Source: Eledone cirrhosa (taxonomy: Eukaryota). Taken from it: a stretch of 64,000 nt of DNA. Shown here in pieces: positions 12,145 through 25,641 of the stretch. A model generated the notes under the pieces. It ran no database searches. It saw only the letters and a list, made by a program, of their open reading frames with translations, and had not been told where the DNA came from. Location: assembly GCA_964016885.1 (NCBI GenBank), contig OZ024742.1, positions 302,374,001-302,438,000 of the forward strand, in the 5' to 3' direction. A program made the translations under genes and the position numbers. The first letter of the stretch is position 1, and each line of letters opens with the position of its first letter.

Positions 12145-12330
12145 ACACATACACACACATACTCTCCCTCTTTCTCTCTCTCCCCTAACCCCTTCTCTCC
12201 ATCTCTCCATCTCTCTCTCCCACACACACACATGCAGGCACACACACACACACACAAACATACACACACATACACACACATACTCTCCCTCTTTCTCTCT
12301 CTCCCCTAACATCTTCTCTCCATCTCTCCA

Positions 12331-12362
<32 letters not shown>

Positions 12363-12586
12363 GCACAGACACACACATACACACATAATTTCTCTCTCTC
12401 TCTGTCTCTCTGTCATACACACATACACTCTCTCCCCATTTCGCTCTCCTCCTCTCCCCCTCTCTCTTTTTCCTTTCTCTCCCTCTGTCTCTTTCCCTTT
12501 CTCTCCCTCTCTAATCCCTTCTCACTCTCCTTCTCTATCTCTCTCATATAAACATGGGTGTATAATAGTGTATGTAAATATATCTG

Positions 12587-12673
<87 letters not shown>

Positions 12674-13099
12674 CTCTCTATCTCTCACACACACATACAC
12701 ATACACACACACTCACTCTCTCTCTCTCTCTCTTGCTGCCCCTCTCTATCACACACTATCTCTATGTGTCCCTCTCAGTCATACGCACATATACACTCTC
12801 TCCCTATTTCTCCCCCTCTCTCTATATATATAACTATATATATATATTATGTATAATGAGAGATATTGGCATATATACACAATCATACACATACACACAC
12901 ATCAGTATACATGTGTGTGTGTGTGTGTGTGCGTGTATGTGTGTATGTGTATGTGTATGTATGTGCTACTGTTGGTATGGCTATGCCTATATAAATGCTG
13001 TATGTGTGACCAGGTATTTTGTTTAGTTGCTCTACGAGTGTTATATCATGAATATCAGCCTCAATGTGTTGCTACAGTTCCTCCATATTCTAGTACATC

Positions 13100-14382
13100 T
13101 TCCACACTTCACTCACACCTTCACTCACACCTTCACTCACACATCACTCACACATTCACTCACACATTCACTCACACATCACTCACACATTTTCCACACT
13201 TCACTCACCTTCACTCACACCTTCACTCACACATCACTCACACATTCACTCACACATTCACTCACACATCACTCACACATCTTCCACACTTCACTCACAC
13301 CTTCACTCACACCTTCACTCACACATCACTCACACATTCACTCACACATTCACTCACACATCACTCACACATTTTCCACACTTCACTCACCTTCACTCAC
13401 ACCTTCACTCACACATCACTCACACATTCACTCACACATTCACTCACACATCACTCACACATCTTCCACACTTCACTCACACCTTCACTCACACCTTCAC
13501 TCACACATCACTCACGCATTCACTCACACATTCACTCACACATCACTCACACCTTCACTCACACCTTCACTCACACATCACTCACACATTCACTCACGCA
13601 TTCATTCACACATTCACTCATACATCTTCCACACATCACTCACACATTCACTCACACATTCACTCACACATCTTCCACACATCACTCACACATTCACTCA
13701 CACATTCCACACTTCACTCACACATTCACTCACACACCACTTACACATCACTCACACATTCACTCACACACCACTTACACATCACTCACATACCACTCAC
13801 ACATCACTCACACATTCACTCACACATCACTCACACCTTCCACACTTCAATAACACATCACTCACACGTCACTCACACATTCACTCATACATCACTCACA
13901 CATCACTCACACATTCACTCACACCTTCCACACTTCACTCACACATTCACTCACACATCGCTCACACATTCACTCACACACCACTCACACATTCACTTAC
14001 ACATTCACTCACACATCACTCACATCTTCCACACTTCACTCACACATCACTCACACCCCACTCACACATTCACTCACTCATTCACTCACACCTCACTCAC
14101 ACATTCACTCACTCATTCACTCACGCATCACTCACACATTCACTCACACCTCACTCACACATTCACTCACTCATTCACTCACACCTCACTCACACATTCA
14201 CTCACTCATTCACTCACGCATCACTCACACATTCACTCACACATCACTCACACATTCACTCACTCATTCACTCACGCATCACTCACACATTCACTCACAC
14301 CTCACTCACACATTCACTCACACATTCACTCACGCATCACTCACACATTCACTTACACATCACTCACACATTCACTCACACA
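13100..14382. repeat. Degenerate 10-12-bp minisatellite (TTCACTCACACA-type)
   Basis: Interspersed tcactcacacat, ttcactcacacc and ttccacac units. Confidence 0.95.
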
Positions 14383-14433
14383 TATCCTCGACTGCTTTCA
14401 AGCCCAGCAGTCGCAAGTGTGGAGGGGGAGGGG

Positions 14434-14474
14434 ATCGTCCTGATGAGGACCAGTTAAGTCCGAAAAGCAACGAT
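14434..14474 (+). ncRNA. Degenerate minimal hammerhead
   Basis: atcgtc-CTGATGA-ggac cagttaa gtcc-GAAA-agca-acgat; stems I and II present, UH cleavage site lost. Confidence 0.5.
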
Positions 14475-14669
14475 GATTGACCTCCTTGCTTCTGCTGGAC
14501 ACAATCAGAGGGCGTTAGCCCCGGTGTTTTTTGCATAGCCACGGCTTTCTAAATGTTTACCTAAAACTTACTGTATTTCTTTAGAAATACGAAATTTCTT
14601 TACATATCTGTTAACAGCTATGACCGAAGCTAAATCCTAATTCTATTATATATGTATACACACACACAT

Positions 14670-14871
<202 letters not shown>

Positions 14872-15043
14872 GACCATGTTTAGCTAAGTATTTGATACTG
14901 ACACGATTCGTCATTTAAATTTGCTCCCAAAAGAAACAAATAATTGAGTTATCCTCACGCCGTTGAAACAGCGTGAGCTCAGCCGTCGGGCACTAACTTT
15001 TCACTATATTTATATGGTCTTACTAGTCTAAACTGGTAACTCC

Positions 15044-15210
<167 letters not shown>

Positions 15211-15272
15211 GAAGAGAGAAGAAACATTTAGATATAATTAGTAATAGTATCATACCTAAACTGCTCCTAGAT

Positions 15273-15362
15273 TCCTCGACTACGTAGTTTCGTGGCATAA
15301 ACAAAAACAATATATCATAAAGATATAGAGTCCTTGCGAGGTCTGCCGACTTATCAAGAGGA
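15273..15362 (-). ncRNA. Type I hammerhead with U3-A8 core variant
   Basis: Minus strand: tcctc-TTGATAA-gtcggca...tgccac-GAAA-c tacgta g-TC-gagga; palindromic ACTACGTAGT, GUC site. Confidence 0.6.
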
Positions 15363-16163
15363 TACCTCATTTTACTAGTCTCAAGAACGCGTCTACACGA
15401 CGTGAGAAAGAATCTCAAAAGGCGGAGGGGGAGATAGTCACGCGATATAACGGTCGAGAAACAGAGCTAAGCCTCTTATAACCCCGAAGAAAATACCACG
15501 GAGGCGGAGGGGGTATTTATATCGAAGCCGTAGAAGAGGTGGTGAAGGGGGCGAGAAGTATGAGTAATGGAAGCTTTCCAGCAGTCCCCACACTTCAAAG
15601 ATTGCTCGACCAGAGGGAGTTATTAACAATATATTTAGAAACACACAGATACATGCGGACACACACATATACATGAATGCATCCGCACCCAACCGTGAAT
15701 ATATATATATTCATAAAAACATGATATTTCGAAGTTAAGACCACTTTTTCAAAAGAAACGAAATGGTAAGAGATGGTGACGACGAGCAGGTCTCTTCAGC
15801 GTGGTCGTGACATGCATAAAATCATCCTGCGCGCATCTCCTAATATCATGAAAGCGAACTATATATCATCATCATCATCATTATCATCATTATCATCATT
15901 ATCATCACGTCGAATTTTATGTCAGGTCCCTTCTGAGTTCTACTGGTAACATGTAACCCAGTACAATCTGTTGCATGGTGGGATCGTCGGCGACTAAACT
16001 GGCAACCCCATCAAGCTTGATTGGTGAGGAGGGTGATTATTGGACATTCTGCACGACGAAAAGCAAAGCCTGTCAAAGGGAGGAGGAAGTTATATGAGTC
16101 ATCAACGGTCATCCATAATTATGTCCATATTTATGCTTATGTATTGTGCGTGCATGTATGCGC

Positions 16164-16264
<101 letters not shown>

Positions 16265-16362
16265 TGTGTATGTGTGTGTGTCTGTGTGTGAAATATTCTT
16301 TTACCTTTTTAGCTTTTGAACTTTTAGGCTCCTAACTTTTTATTATTATATTATATTATCAA

Positions 16363-16777
16363 GGGCGGTGGATTGGCAGTATCGGTAGCGGGTCAGACGC
16401 CATGCTTTCTAGCATAGAGTTACGGCCCTTTCCATTCTGAGTTCAAATCCCGCCGAGGTGAACTTTGCCTTTCATCCTTACGGGGTCGATAAAATAAAGT
16501 ACCAGTAATGTACTGGGTAATTGCTGGCCTTGTGCAAAAAGTAGAAACAATTATATTATCAGAACGGTGGATTGGTAGAATCGGTAGAGCGTCGGACACT
16601 ATGCTTGCAGCATAGAGATACGGCCCTTTACGGTTAGAGTTCAAATCCCGCCGAGGTTAACCTTGCCTTTCATCCTTACAGGATCGATAAAATAAAGTAC
16701 CAGTCACGCCCTGGGGTCGATTTAATTGATTTTCTCTCCCGCCAAAATTGCTGGCTTTGTGCCTAAATTAGAAACCA
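16363..16777 (+). mobile_element. Two tandem Nin/Deu-domain SINE copies
   Basis: cggtggattggc/tag...gagttcaaatcccgccgagg...gcctttcatcctta...cgataaa present twice. Confidence 0.9.
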
Positions 16778-16849
16778 TTATTATATTATATTATAACTTT
16801 AGTATACACCATTATTATATTTTAAGGGTCTACGTACTCGTTAGAGTAC

Positions 16850-17222
16850 GTAGCTCAGAGATAAGGGAGTCACTCCAGTAGAGCCGCTACTTCTCTGAAT
16901 TGTGAGATCACAGCTCCGATATTATGGGAATGTGGTTAGAAGGTCTTAGGAGAGATTTTACAGGCAAGAGACCGACAGGAGACCCAAGAGTATACCCCGA
17001 GCAAGATGGTTGGATAGCATCTATGAACTTGGCTGGTCTCGCTTGGGGGTCCATCCAAATCAGTTGGAGACAGTTGCTTCTGACAGGACCTGGTGGAAGG
17101 AACGTTTGAGGACTCTGCTCCTACGACCCTCTTAGGAATAAGTGGGAGATGAAGAAGAAGAAGAAGAAGAAGAAGAAGAAGAAGAAGAAGAAGAAGAAGA
17201 AGAAGAAGAAGAAGAAGAAGAG
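16850..17222 (+). mobile_element. Degenerate RTE-clade LINE 3' end with (GAA)n tail
   Basis: Remnant peptides VEPLLL.IVRSQLRYYG and TGKRPTG typical of RTE C-termini. Confidence 0.6.
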
Positions 17223-18107
17223 GGCAGATTGAAAATTACGAAATTCAATTGTTTTCATATAGAATGTAGCAATCAAGGAATTATTTATTCAAATGTTTTC
17301 TCTACTATATCCAACGACAATTTTGACGGGTATTATGCTTGTATATATACTCACATTCAATGTAAAGAATTCTGTACCCATCAGCTGTCGGAATATCCTT
17401 ATACCACTCATCTGATCTGTGAATAGCTTTCAATCTGGTATTGTACATTAATTATAAATCCACATATCTCAATTACTATCCATATATATATATAAACATC
17501 TTTCTAACAGACTTTGACATATTTCTGTCATAACAGAAGGCCTAATGTGAGACAAGTTGCCATAGTTGTATTATACTGTATTTATTCTCTTTCTATATAT
17601 AAATATATTCGGTCGTTTAGTAATGTTTATCAATTTCTGTAGATAGCACCAATATGAACACTCAATGCTACAACTTGAACAGAGTGATTCCAGCTGAAAG
17701 CAGGTTCTTAGAACAGTATCTCTGTGTTATATATGTATGGAGTAGTCAACAGAGTGTTTACATTATGTAAAGGAGAACGATGTTTCAATTCAAAATATTT
17801 TTTATTCATCATCAAAACGTAACACGTGTTTCGCTGATGATCAGCTCAAGATCTTAATCGATACGACTCTAGTAGCTATCGGCCCAGAGAGGATAATATC
17901 GCTTAACTATGATGATTATACATATATATAGCCGACTGAATACGCACGTGTGTTTTTTTTCTCCCCAATTTTTGTCTTCATTTACCCCTTTTCTCCCTCT
18001 TCTTTACATTAATACTCTCTTCCTGCTATTTCAAGCGCTAAACTAATATATTTCTTCCATGCACTGTGCCGTTGTTTGTTTTGTTATTTCTGTTTACCTT
18101 TTACAAG

Positions 18108-18141
<34 letters not shown>

Positions 18142-18149
18142 TGTGAAAT

Positions 18150-18453
18150 ATGAAAAGATTCAGGACCCTGACGGCTGGAGCTCCAGCTGTTTCAGATCTA
18201 GCTGTCGAAACGGCCGCAGCTCAGTCGTCAGGGTCCTGAATCTTTTCATATTACCCACTCTACTACCCCAAGTATCGAGTACTCTGGTGGGTTATGGTCT
18301 CGCTGGTTTTTACCACACCCTACCTGATATATATATGTGTGCATATATATATATAACGAAGGAAATGTGGTAAGGAACCAGATGGACCATAACGCACCAG
18401 TCCAGAATTAGCCGTCGAAACGGCTTGAGCTCAGCCGTCGGGGTCCTACACGT

Positions 18454-18460
<7 letters not shown>
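18150..18460. mobile_element. Family C Penelope-like terminal fragments carrying the 3' half of a hammerhead
   Basis: gaaaagattcaggaccctgacg is inverted to cgtcagggtcctgaatcttttc; tail tattacccactctactaccccaagtatcgagtac; other copies near 4925, 14960, 36752, 60945 and 61127. Confidence 0.65.
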
Positions 18461-18531
<71 letters not shown>

Positions 18532-18758
18532 ATATTAAATAAATGGAAACTATATTTATAAAACCATATTTATTCTATTATATATATTTTAAGGGTACCA
18601 AAACTTTGGTACGCCCTCATCAGATAAAATATAACGTTTGTTTTATAAATATTGACATAACCAGGAAGAAGAACTTAACGGTTCAAGTGTTTCCAGGAAA
18701 AACTTGAACCGTTAAGTTCTTCTTCCTGGTTATGTCAATATTTATAAAACAAACTTTG

Positions 18759-18819
18759 TATTTTATCTGATGAGGGCGTACCAAAGTTTTGGTACCCTTG
18801 AAATATATATAATAGAATA
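18759..18819 (+). ncRNA. Type I hammerhead, family F
   Basis: tattttat-CTGATGA-gggcgtacca aagttt tggtaccctt-GAAA-tatata-TA-atagaata(aa); 8-bp stem I. Confidence 0.75.
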
Positions 18820-18962
18820 AATATGGTTTTATAAATATAGTTTCCATTTATCATTTATTTAATATCATTGAATATTATACTCCAGAAAACTTGTCGAGTG
18901 CTTTGAATCAGTTATAAACATTTATATTTGTTGAATTACCAACAAATTGAATATCCCTTTTG

Positions 18963-19005
<43 letters not shown>

Positions 19006-19135
19006 ATACTTTGGGAGGGTCATGTTGCCAATAAGAAACACACGCACCAGTTGCTTTCACTTCAATTTATTATAATAAATTTATAAATTTCCGGTTCGTT
19101 GGTTGGTTCCACAACCAGATGGTTGTTTATATATT

Positions 19136-19178
19136 GTCAAAGTTCTTTCGTCACACTTTCTGTGACCTCTTCAGTGAC
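19136..19178 (-). ncRNA. Minimal hammerhead, family G
   Basis: gtca-CTGAAGA-g gtcaca..tgtgac-GAAA-gaac-TT-tgac. Confidence 0.6.
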
Positions 19179-19250
19179 TGGGGATTCTTTTCTTTGTTTT
19201 TGTGCCTCTTCTTTGTTCTGTCCTACGCCATCTTGTTTCTGTGAAACAAA

Positions 19251-19293
19251 GTCACTGAAGAGGTCACAGAATGTGTGACGAAAGAACTTTGAC
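19251..19293 (+). ncRNA. Minimal hammerhead, family G
   Basis: gtca-CTGAAGA-g gtcaca gaatg tgtgac-GAAA-gaac-TT-tgac. Confidence 0.6.
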
Positions 19294-19439
19294 AATATAT
19301 AAACAACCATCTGGTTGTGGAACCAACCAACCAGCCGGAAATTTATAAATTCCTAAATTTATAAATTTATTATAATAAATTGAAGTGAAAGCAATTGGTG
19401 CGTGTGTTTCTTATTGGCAACATGACCCTCCCAAAGTAT

Positions 19440-19523
<84 letters not shown>

Positions 19524-19666
19524 CAAAAGGGATATTCAATTTGTTGGTAATTCAACAAATATAAATGTTTATAACTGATTCAAAGCACTCGACAAATTTT
19601 CTGGAGTATAATATTCAATGATATTAAATAAATGATAAATGGAAACTATATTTATAAAACCATATT

Positions 19667-19727
19667 TATTCTATTATATATATTTCATGGGTACCAAAAC
19701 TTTGGTACGCCCTCATCAGATAGAATA
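19667..19727 (-). ncRNA. Type I hammerhead, family F
   Basis: tattctat-CTGATGA-...-GAAA-tatata-TA-atagaata; perfect 8-bp stem I. Confidence 0.75.
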
Positions 19728-19734
19728 CAAAGTT

Positions 19735-19775
<41 letters not shown>

Positions 19776-19892
19776 TGAAAAATGGCGTGCTGCGTTGTTG
19801 CGAATATGAACATATGAATAAAAATAGACCGAGAAACAGGAAAAGTCCGTCATTAGTAGTCTGCTGATTCTCATTGGTATTTCTTCGCATTA

Positions 19893-20065
19893 TGGCAGTA
19901 CCGGTAGAGGGTCGGACGCCATGCTTTCCAGCATAGTTACGTCCCTTTAAGATCTGAGTTCAAATCCCGCCGAGGTTGACTTTGCCTTTCATCTTTACGG
20001 GGTCGATAAAATAAAGTACCAGTAATGCACTGGGTAATTGCTGGCCTTGTGCCTAAAGTAGAAAC

Positions 20066-20066
<1 letters not shown>
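19893..20066 (+). mobile_element. Nin/Deu-domain SINE
   Basis: Same family as 16363; further copies near 22600(-), 38810(+), 47998(+), 52555(+) and 56440(-). Confidence 0.9.
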
Positions 20067-20151
<85 letters not shown>

Positions 20152-21420
20152 GTATATATATATATATATATACACACATATATGTATATATATATATATA
20201 TATATAATGCATGTGTGGATTTGTTTGTTAGAATTAACCGCCACAATATACACATGAATCCTTGACTGCTATTATGCTATCTATTCTAACAGGAATATGT
20301 ATTGATGTAGATGCATCAACCAATTTCCCGTAACTGGTGCAGCCCGTGATTACGTGGGGTGTAGGGTGGGGCTTAATCTAAACTGACATGCCTCTGTGAT
20401 GTATGTTTTTGCCTGCTCTGTATATTTAATCCTATTTTTATATTATTTAGCATAGAAGCAATCCATTCTCCTTTATTTATTTTTATAACGAAACAACGAA
20501 CCAGTTATAATGTCTCCGGATTTCACAACTACACAAACACTTTTCAAATATAGCGTCAGTTTTATTTTAGAACTTAGGCCTTTAAAAAATTTTAAGTTAC
20601 AGTTTTGTAAGTTTTCTGAAAACATGACGAATCCAAAAATATAGTCTAAACTAAGGAATAAATGTGTAAACAAGGGGAACAGAACAAGAAACAAAACAAA
20701 AAGCTTCATATTTTGAAATCACATTATACTGAGTATGATTTTTTATGAACATGATTAATTTTACGAAAACTTTAAAGAATCTATCGGAAATAGTTGCTAT
20801 ATCTTCTGGCAACTGTGTAACAGATTGTTTTTTTTTCTCTCGTGTTGCGTTATAGTTTCCTTTCTCCGCAAATAAAGATTCATAAAAGAATAAAGAATGA
20901 GCTTGATAACTGAAGAAAATCAACACTGAACTCCAACTTATAACAAACGCCATTGGGCTTTTAGATTCTAAATAAAAGTGACCTTTCCAAATTAAACGAA
21001 ATAGTTAGAAAACGCCTGAAATGAAAGAAAAAGAAAAAAAAAAATCCTTTGACATGTTAACATTCTAGATTATATATTTCCAGCTGAAAATGAGATAACA
21101 AATAAACATAAAAATATGAGATTGAGTAAACATAAACTATGAATTATGGTTAAACGAATTCATTTTTTTCAAATAATATTCTTTAAAAGTAATTTATTTT
21201 TGGTGAGGATTGAACATTGATAATCTGTTAGTATTCATTCAGTATACCAAAGTAAATTTATGTTTACAAACAAGTATAGTCATAAACGTACTCTTGTATA
21301 AATAAATATGTCTGTACAAAGTTGGTAATAGGTCCTGCTAGATGTAGCCCCCCCCCCCAACTTGGTGTATGTATGTATGTATGTATGTATGTATGTATGT
21401 ATGTATGTATGTATGTATGT

Positions 21421-22248
21421 ATGTTCTTCTTTTTGGTAAATATCATCTTGGTTAAGAGAGTGGCACTGGCTTTGTGCAGTGCCTTTGCTCACTATAAAAG
21501 CTTCACGGCACAGGTATTGCTTTATATCTGGAGATCTCTCTGCACTTGTCGTTACATGGTACCATGGGCCCATCACTATGTGTCAATAGTGTAGTGTTTG
21601 TACCAAAGTTTTCAAGTCGCTGGCTGGACTAAAAAGTCACACTCGTTCAGCGCATCGGTAGGGGTTCTCCTACATGGATATAAAGTAGCGGCCGTACTCG
21701 AAAACGAGTTGGCAGCCACCATGTATGTATGTCTGTATGTATGTATGTATGTATGTATGTATGTATGTATGTATGTATGTATGTATGTATGTATGTATGT
21801 ATGTAGCTCTTAAGAGTCAATGGCCATCCAAAATCACCGGGAGAGATGACCCCTTAGCCTTTGTCAAGGCAGAATTCTAGGAGAAGGAAAACTCTGATAT
21901 AACACCTGCAACCCTGATGGTATCCAATGATGTTGACTTGTTCTTCTTTTTGGTAAATATCATCTTGGTTAAGAGAGTGGAACTGGCTTTGTGCAGTGCC
22001 TTTGCTCACTATAAAAGCTTCACGGCACAGGCATTGCTTTATATATGGAGATCTCTCTGCACTTGTCGTCACATGGTACCATGGGCCCAGCACTATGTGT
22101 CAATAATTGTCACAATTGTAGTGTTTGTACCAGAATTTTCAAGTCGCTGGCTGGACTAAAAAGTCACACTCGTTCAGCGCATCGGTAGGGGTTCTCCTAC
22201 ATGGATATAAAGTAGTGGCCGTACTCGAAAACGAGTTGGCAGCCACCA
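21421..22248 (+). mobile_element. Two tandem copies of a short non-autonomous RTE derivative with (ATGT)n tails
   Basis: Copies at 21421-21720 and 21805-22248. The 3' part encodes CSVCTRIFKSLAGLKSHTRSAH and shares tggcc(g/a)tactcga(a/t)aacgag..ggcagcca with the RTE at 44875; the 5' part has RTE-like ctaggagaaggaaaactctga. Confidence 0.7.
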
Positions 22249-23236
22249 TGTATGTATTTATGTATGTATATATATATGTGTGTGTCTGTGTGTGTTAGGG
22301 TGTTGGACTTACGATAATAATATCGTGGGTTTGAATCCTGAACTGAATTGTGTGTTGTGATTTCGAACAAAGCACTTCATTTCACATTGCTTCAGTATAA
22401 TCAGCTGAAAATTAAACCTTCGATGGACTGGCGTTGTGTCCGTGAGGGAGTCTTGTACTTCACACCACGGAAACCGCTTCTTGGGCATTTTTTAAAGCCT
22501 GGCAGAGCCCATCCCTCTCCAGACTTGAGTACAGCAGATTTCTTTTAGAGAAAGATAGAATATGAAAGAGAGGAAATGAGAAAGAGATATAGAGGAAGAA
22601 TATACTCCAATACTAGATTGGTACTTTTTTTATCGACCTCGAAAGAAAAAGTTGACCTCGGCGGGATTTGAACTCAGAGAGCAGAGAGCCGGAAATAATA
22701 CCATAAAACATTCTATCCGACATTCTAACAACTCTGCCAATTCGCCGCCTTCAAAATAAATAAATTACAGTAAAAACAATAATTATTAGTATATGATATA
22801 AAGAACTAAGTGTATGATATGCGTTTAGCCTTCCATTGAAATATTTTCATATTAGATTAATATATTATGAATAGGTTGCCAAGAACGTTACGTTTGATTG
22901 TAGATTTGATTTGTTAAATTCATTTATAAAGCCTGTAGTTTTGTAACCGTCACATAGAATTAATAGGAATATACTTGACGTCAAGATAATGAATTATATT
23001 TCAATTTCAGATCTAGAGTTTTTTTTTAGACATCGATTTAGAATCTATGTAATATATAGTAGAGTGTTCAAATTGCTGCTCAATAATGTAATTAATAGAA
23101 ATATATGCACGTACAGGCGTCTGTTTGTTTTTATTTTTGAGATTATAATAATTATTTATTGCATTACATATCATTAAAATGAAATATAATGATGTTACTA
23201 ACAGCATAAGAATTAGAAATTAAAAATACTATAGGC

Positions 23237-23292
<56 letters not shown>

Positions 23293-23507
23293 GAATGCTA
23301 TGGTTGACGGAGGCTCGGCTCTGTAAGGTATTGTAAATTTTGACCGCTATAACAATTGTAAATTGTTTAAAACTTTAACCAACTTGTAGACAAAAACACC
23401 CTCCTCCTCGTGAGAGGGGTCTTTCTGCCCATTATTTGGCCCTTCGGGGTTAAATAACTGCTTATTGGGGTTTTGTGCCCAATATTTATTTTAAACAAAA
23501 AAACAAC

Positions 23508-25606
23508 ATGGCTACGAAAAAGAATTTTCATAGGTCACTCCCACTCATTCCGTCTTCTTCTTCCTCAATCGTCACTACAGCAGAGAGAAGATTGTCTCTC
23601 TCCCTCCCTTCTTTAAATGTGTCTCTCTCCCTCCCTTCTCTTTCGCAAGTGACGACAGAAAAGAAAAGTCTCGTGCAAAGCGTGCAAGATTTCTCCACGA
23701 CGACAACGACGAAACAGGTGTGCGGGAAATACGAAAACCCATTTCATTCGTCTGACGTCAGGAATAATAGCAGTAGCAGCCGTAATAACAACAGTAACAG
23801 TGACAATGAAAACAACAGTAGCAGCCGCAACAGCATCAGCAGCAGCATAAACAACAACAGCATTAGCAGCAGCAACAACAACAACAATCACAGCAACAGC
23901 GGCGGCGGCAGTAGTCGTAGTACCTGCAGCAACAACAAAAGTAACAGCAGCTCTGACGACAACAACAACAACAACAGCAGCAAAGAAAAACCAATCTCGT
24001 TTGCAGGTATCGCGAAGAACCTGGAAACAATCCTCATAACAAATGAGGAATTAGAGGAAGCGAAGAAGATGGTGACAAAAACTGGACACCGAGCAATCTG
24101 CAAGGCAGCGGAAAAATTTTTCGAAACCCAACAGCACTATACGGTCACGTACCGTACAGTAAGTACAAAATCCCGTAGGGTTGAAAGAGCCACAGAGGCT
24201 CAAATACAAAAAGCCTTGGGGTCTGTGTGGCAGCGGAAAACGCACATCACCCGAGGCAAGAAATATGCCACCGTAGACGTACTTTTTGCCACACCCCAGG
24301 AGGCAAAGGCTCAATCCGTAGTGACCCTAAGGAGCGAGGAAATGGTGTTGGTGCCCTCCTACTGCGGGCAAAAAATTGTGAGGGTCAAACTGACCCACGC
24401 CCCCCCCCCCGGGATGGCCCCTTCTTGGCTGGCCGCGTCTGTCCTCGTCGGAATCGAGGACAAAACAACTGTACTGCAAGTACAGAAAAAAGTATGAGAA
24501 GATTGGGTCGGCACCTCCATTGAGATGTTAATCCAAACCAACCAGGAGTGCATCGAAGCTATCCCGGATGTGATAGACTTCGATAACGGCACTCAACTGC
24601 CCATAAGTGTTGAGGGCAAACGCCCGAAATGCTTTCGCTGTGGATCGAAGACTCACCTCAGGGCCTTCTGCAACGAGAAGACCCTGAAAAGGAGACCCCC
24701 CCCCTCCTTCCGAAACCGGCCCCACGGCTACCAGCAACAGGACAAGCGGCAACCAGGAACGATAGGTCCGTGGCACCCATACCCACGCCACGGAAATCAA
24801 AAACAGCAGCAGCAGTGGAAGTATTAACAACAACAACAGCAATACCAAATGCAGCTGCAACAGAGACTCCAGTGCAAACATCACCAACAACAAGTGAAAG
24901 AGTGGAGCTGGTACCCCTCCCTGACCTCACAGAATCAGACATGGAGTGTGAGGTGGGAGAGGGATGGCAAAAGGTCGTAAGAAGGCACAAACGCAGAAGC
25001 AGCGCATCGTCGCCTTTGAAAAGGGAGGAAAGAAATGAAAAAAGGGTAAAGTCTACTGCAAAGAGACTCACAGCAGCAACACCACCAACACCATCACCAC
25101 CCACACTAGCACCACCATCACCACCGGCGACAACCCCACCGCCAACAACACCTTCAACACCACCACCACAAGCACCAACATCGCAAACACAACAACAAAA
25201 CACACACACCCAGCAACAACGACAAGAAAATAGCAGAACCACACCCCACACCCTGAAAAACAAATCCACGGCAATAAATACACACAACAAGAAACTAATG
25301 ACTTACATAATTGAACACACAGACATTTCACAACACGACTACATAATACCAGCACCAATCAAAACGCCAACTAACATAAGACTGCTAAAAATAGCACAGA
25401 AACAATACACAAACATTAAAACGAAATTCGCCAACGCAGTTGGCGATTTCAGAGACCTAGGAGGAACTATCAACCGAAGAGTATATTCGGACATACTCAT
25501 AGAAGAGCCGACGACCAGCCGAAGGGACGATTCAACGGTCCCTTCACCAGACGATCAAGTGAAAAGGGATGGAAAAACATTCCCTCCTCTACGAAAAGTA
25601 CGGTAA
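23508..25606 (+). pseudogene. Tx1 ORF1 (gag-like zinc knuckle), disrupted
   Basis: CFRCGSKTHLRAFC; in-frame stop at 24495-24497 and a frameshift near 24700; Ser/Asn- and Pro/Thr-rich tracts. Confidence 0.8.
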
Positions 25607-25641
25607 GTGGTCTTTCCCATCTTTTCCACTCTATTTTCAAC

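Larger units (their letters stand above)
18527..19740. mobile_element. Composite palindrome of families F and G with five HHR motifs
   Basis: Order F(-) F(+) (TA)n G(-) G(+) (TA)n F(-); arms visible directly. Confidence 0.8.

Noticed and set aside
12849-14457. His/Thr/Ser-rich ORFs
   Set aside because: Minisatellite translation in multiple frames
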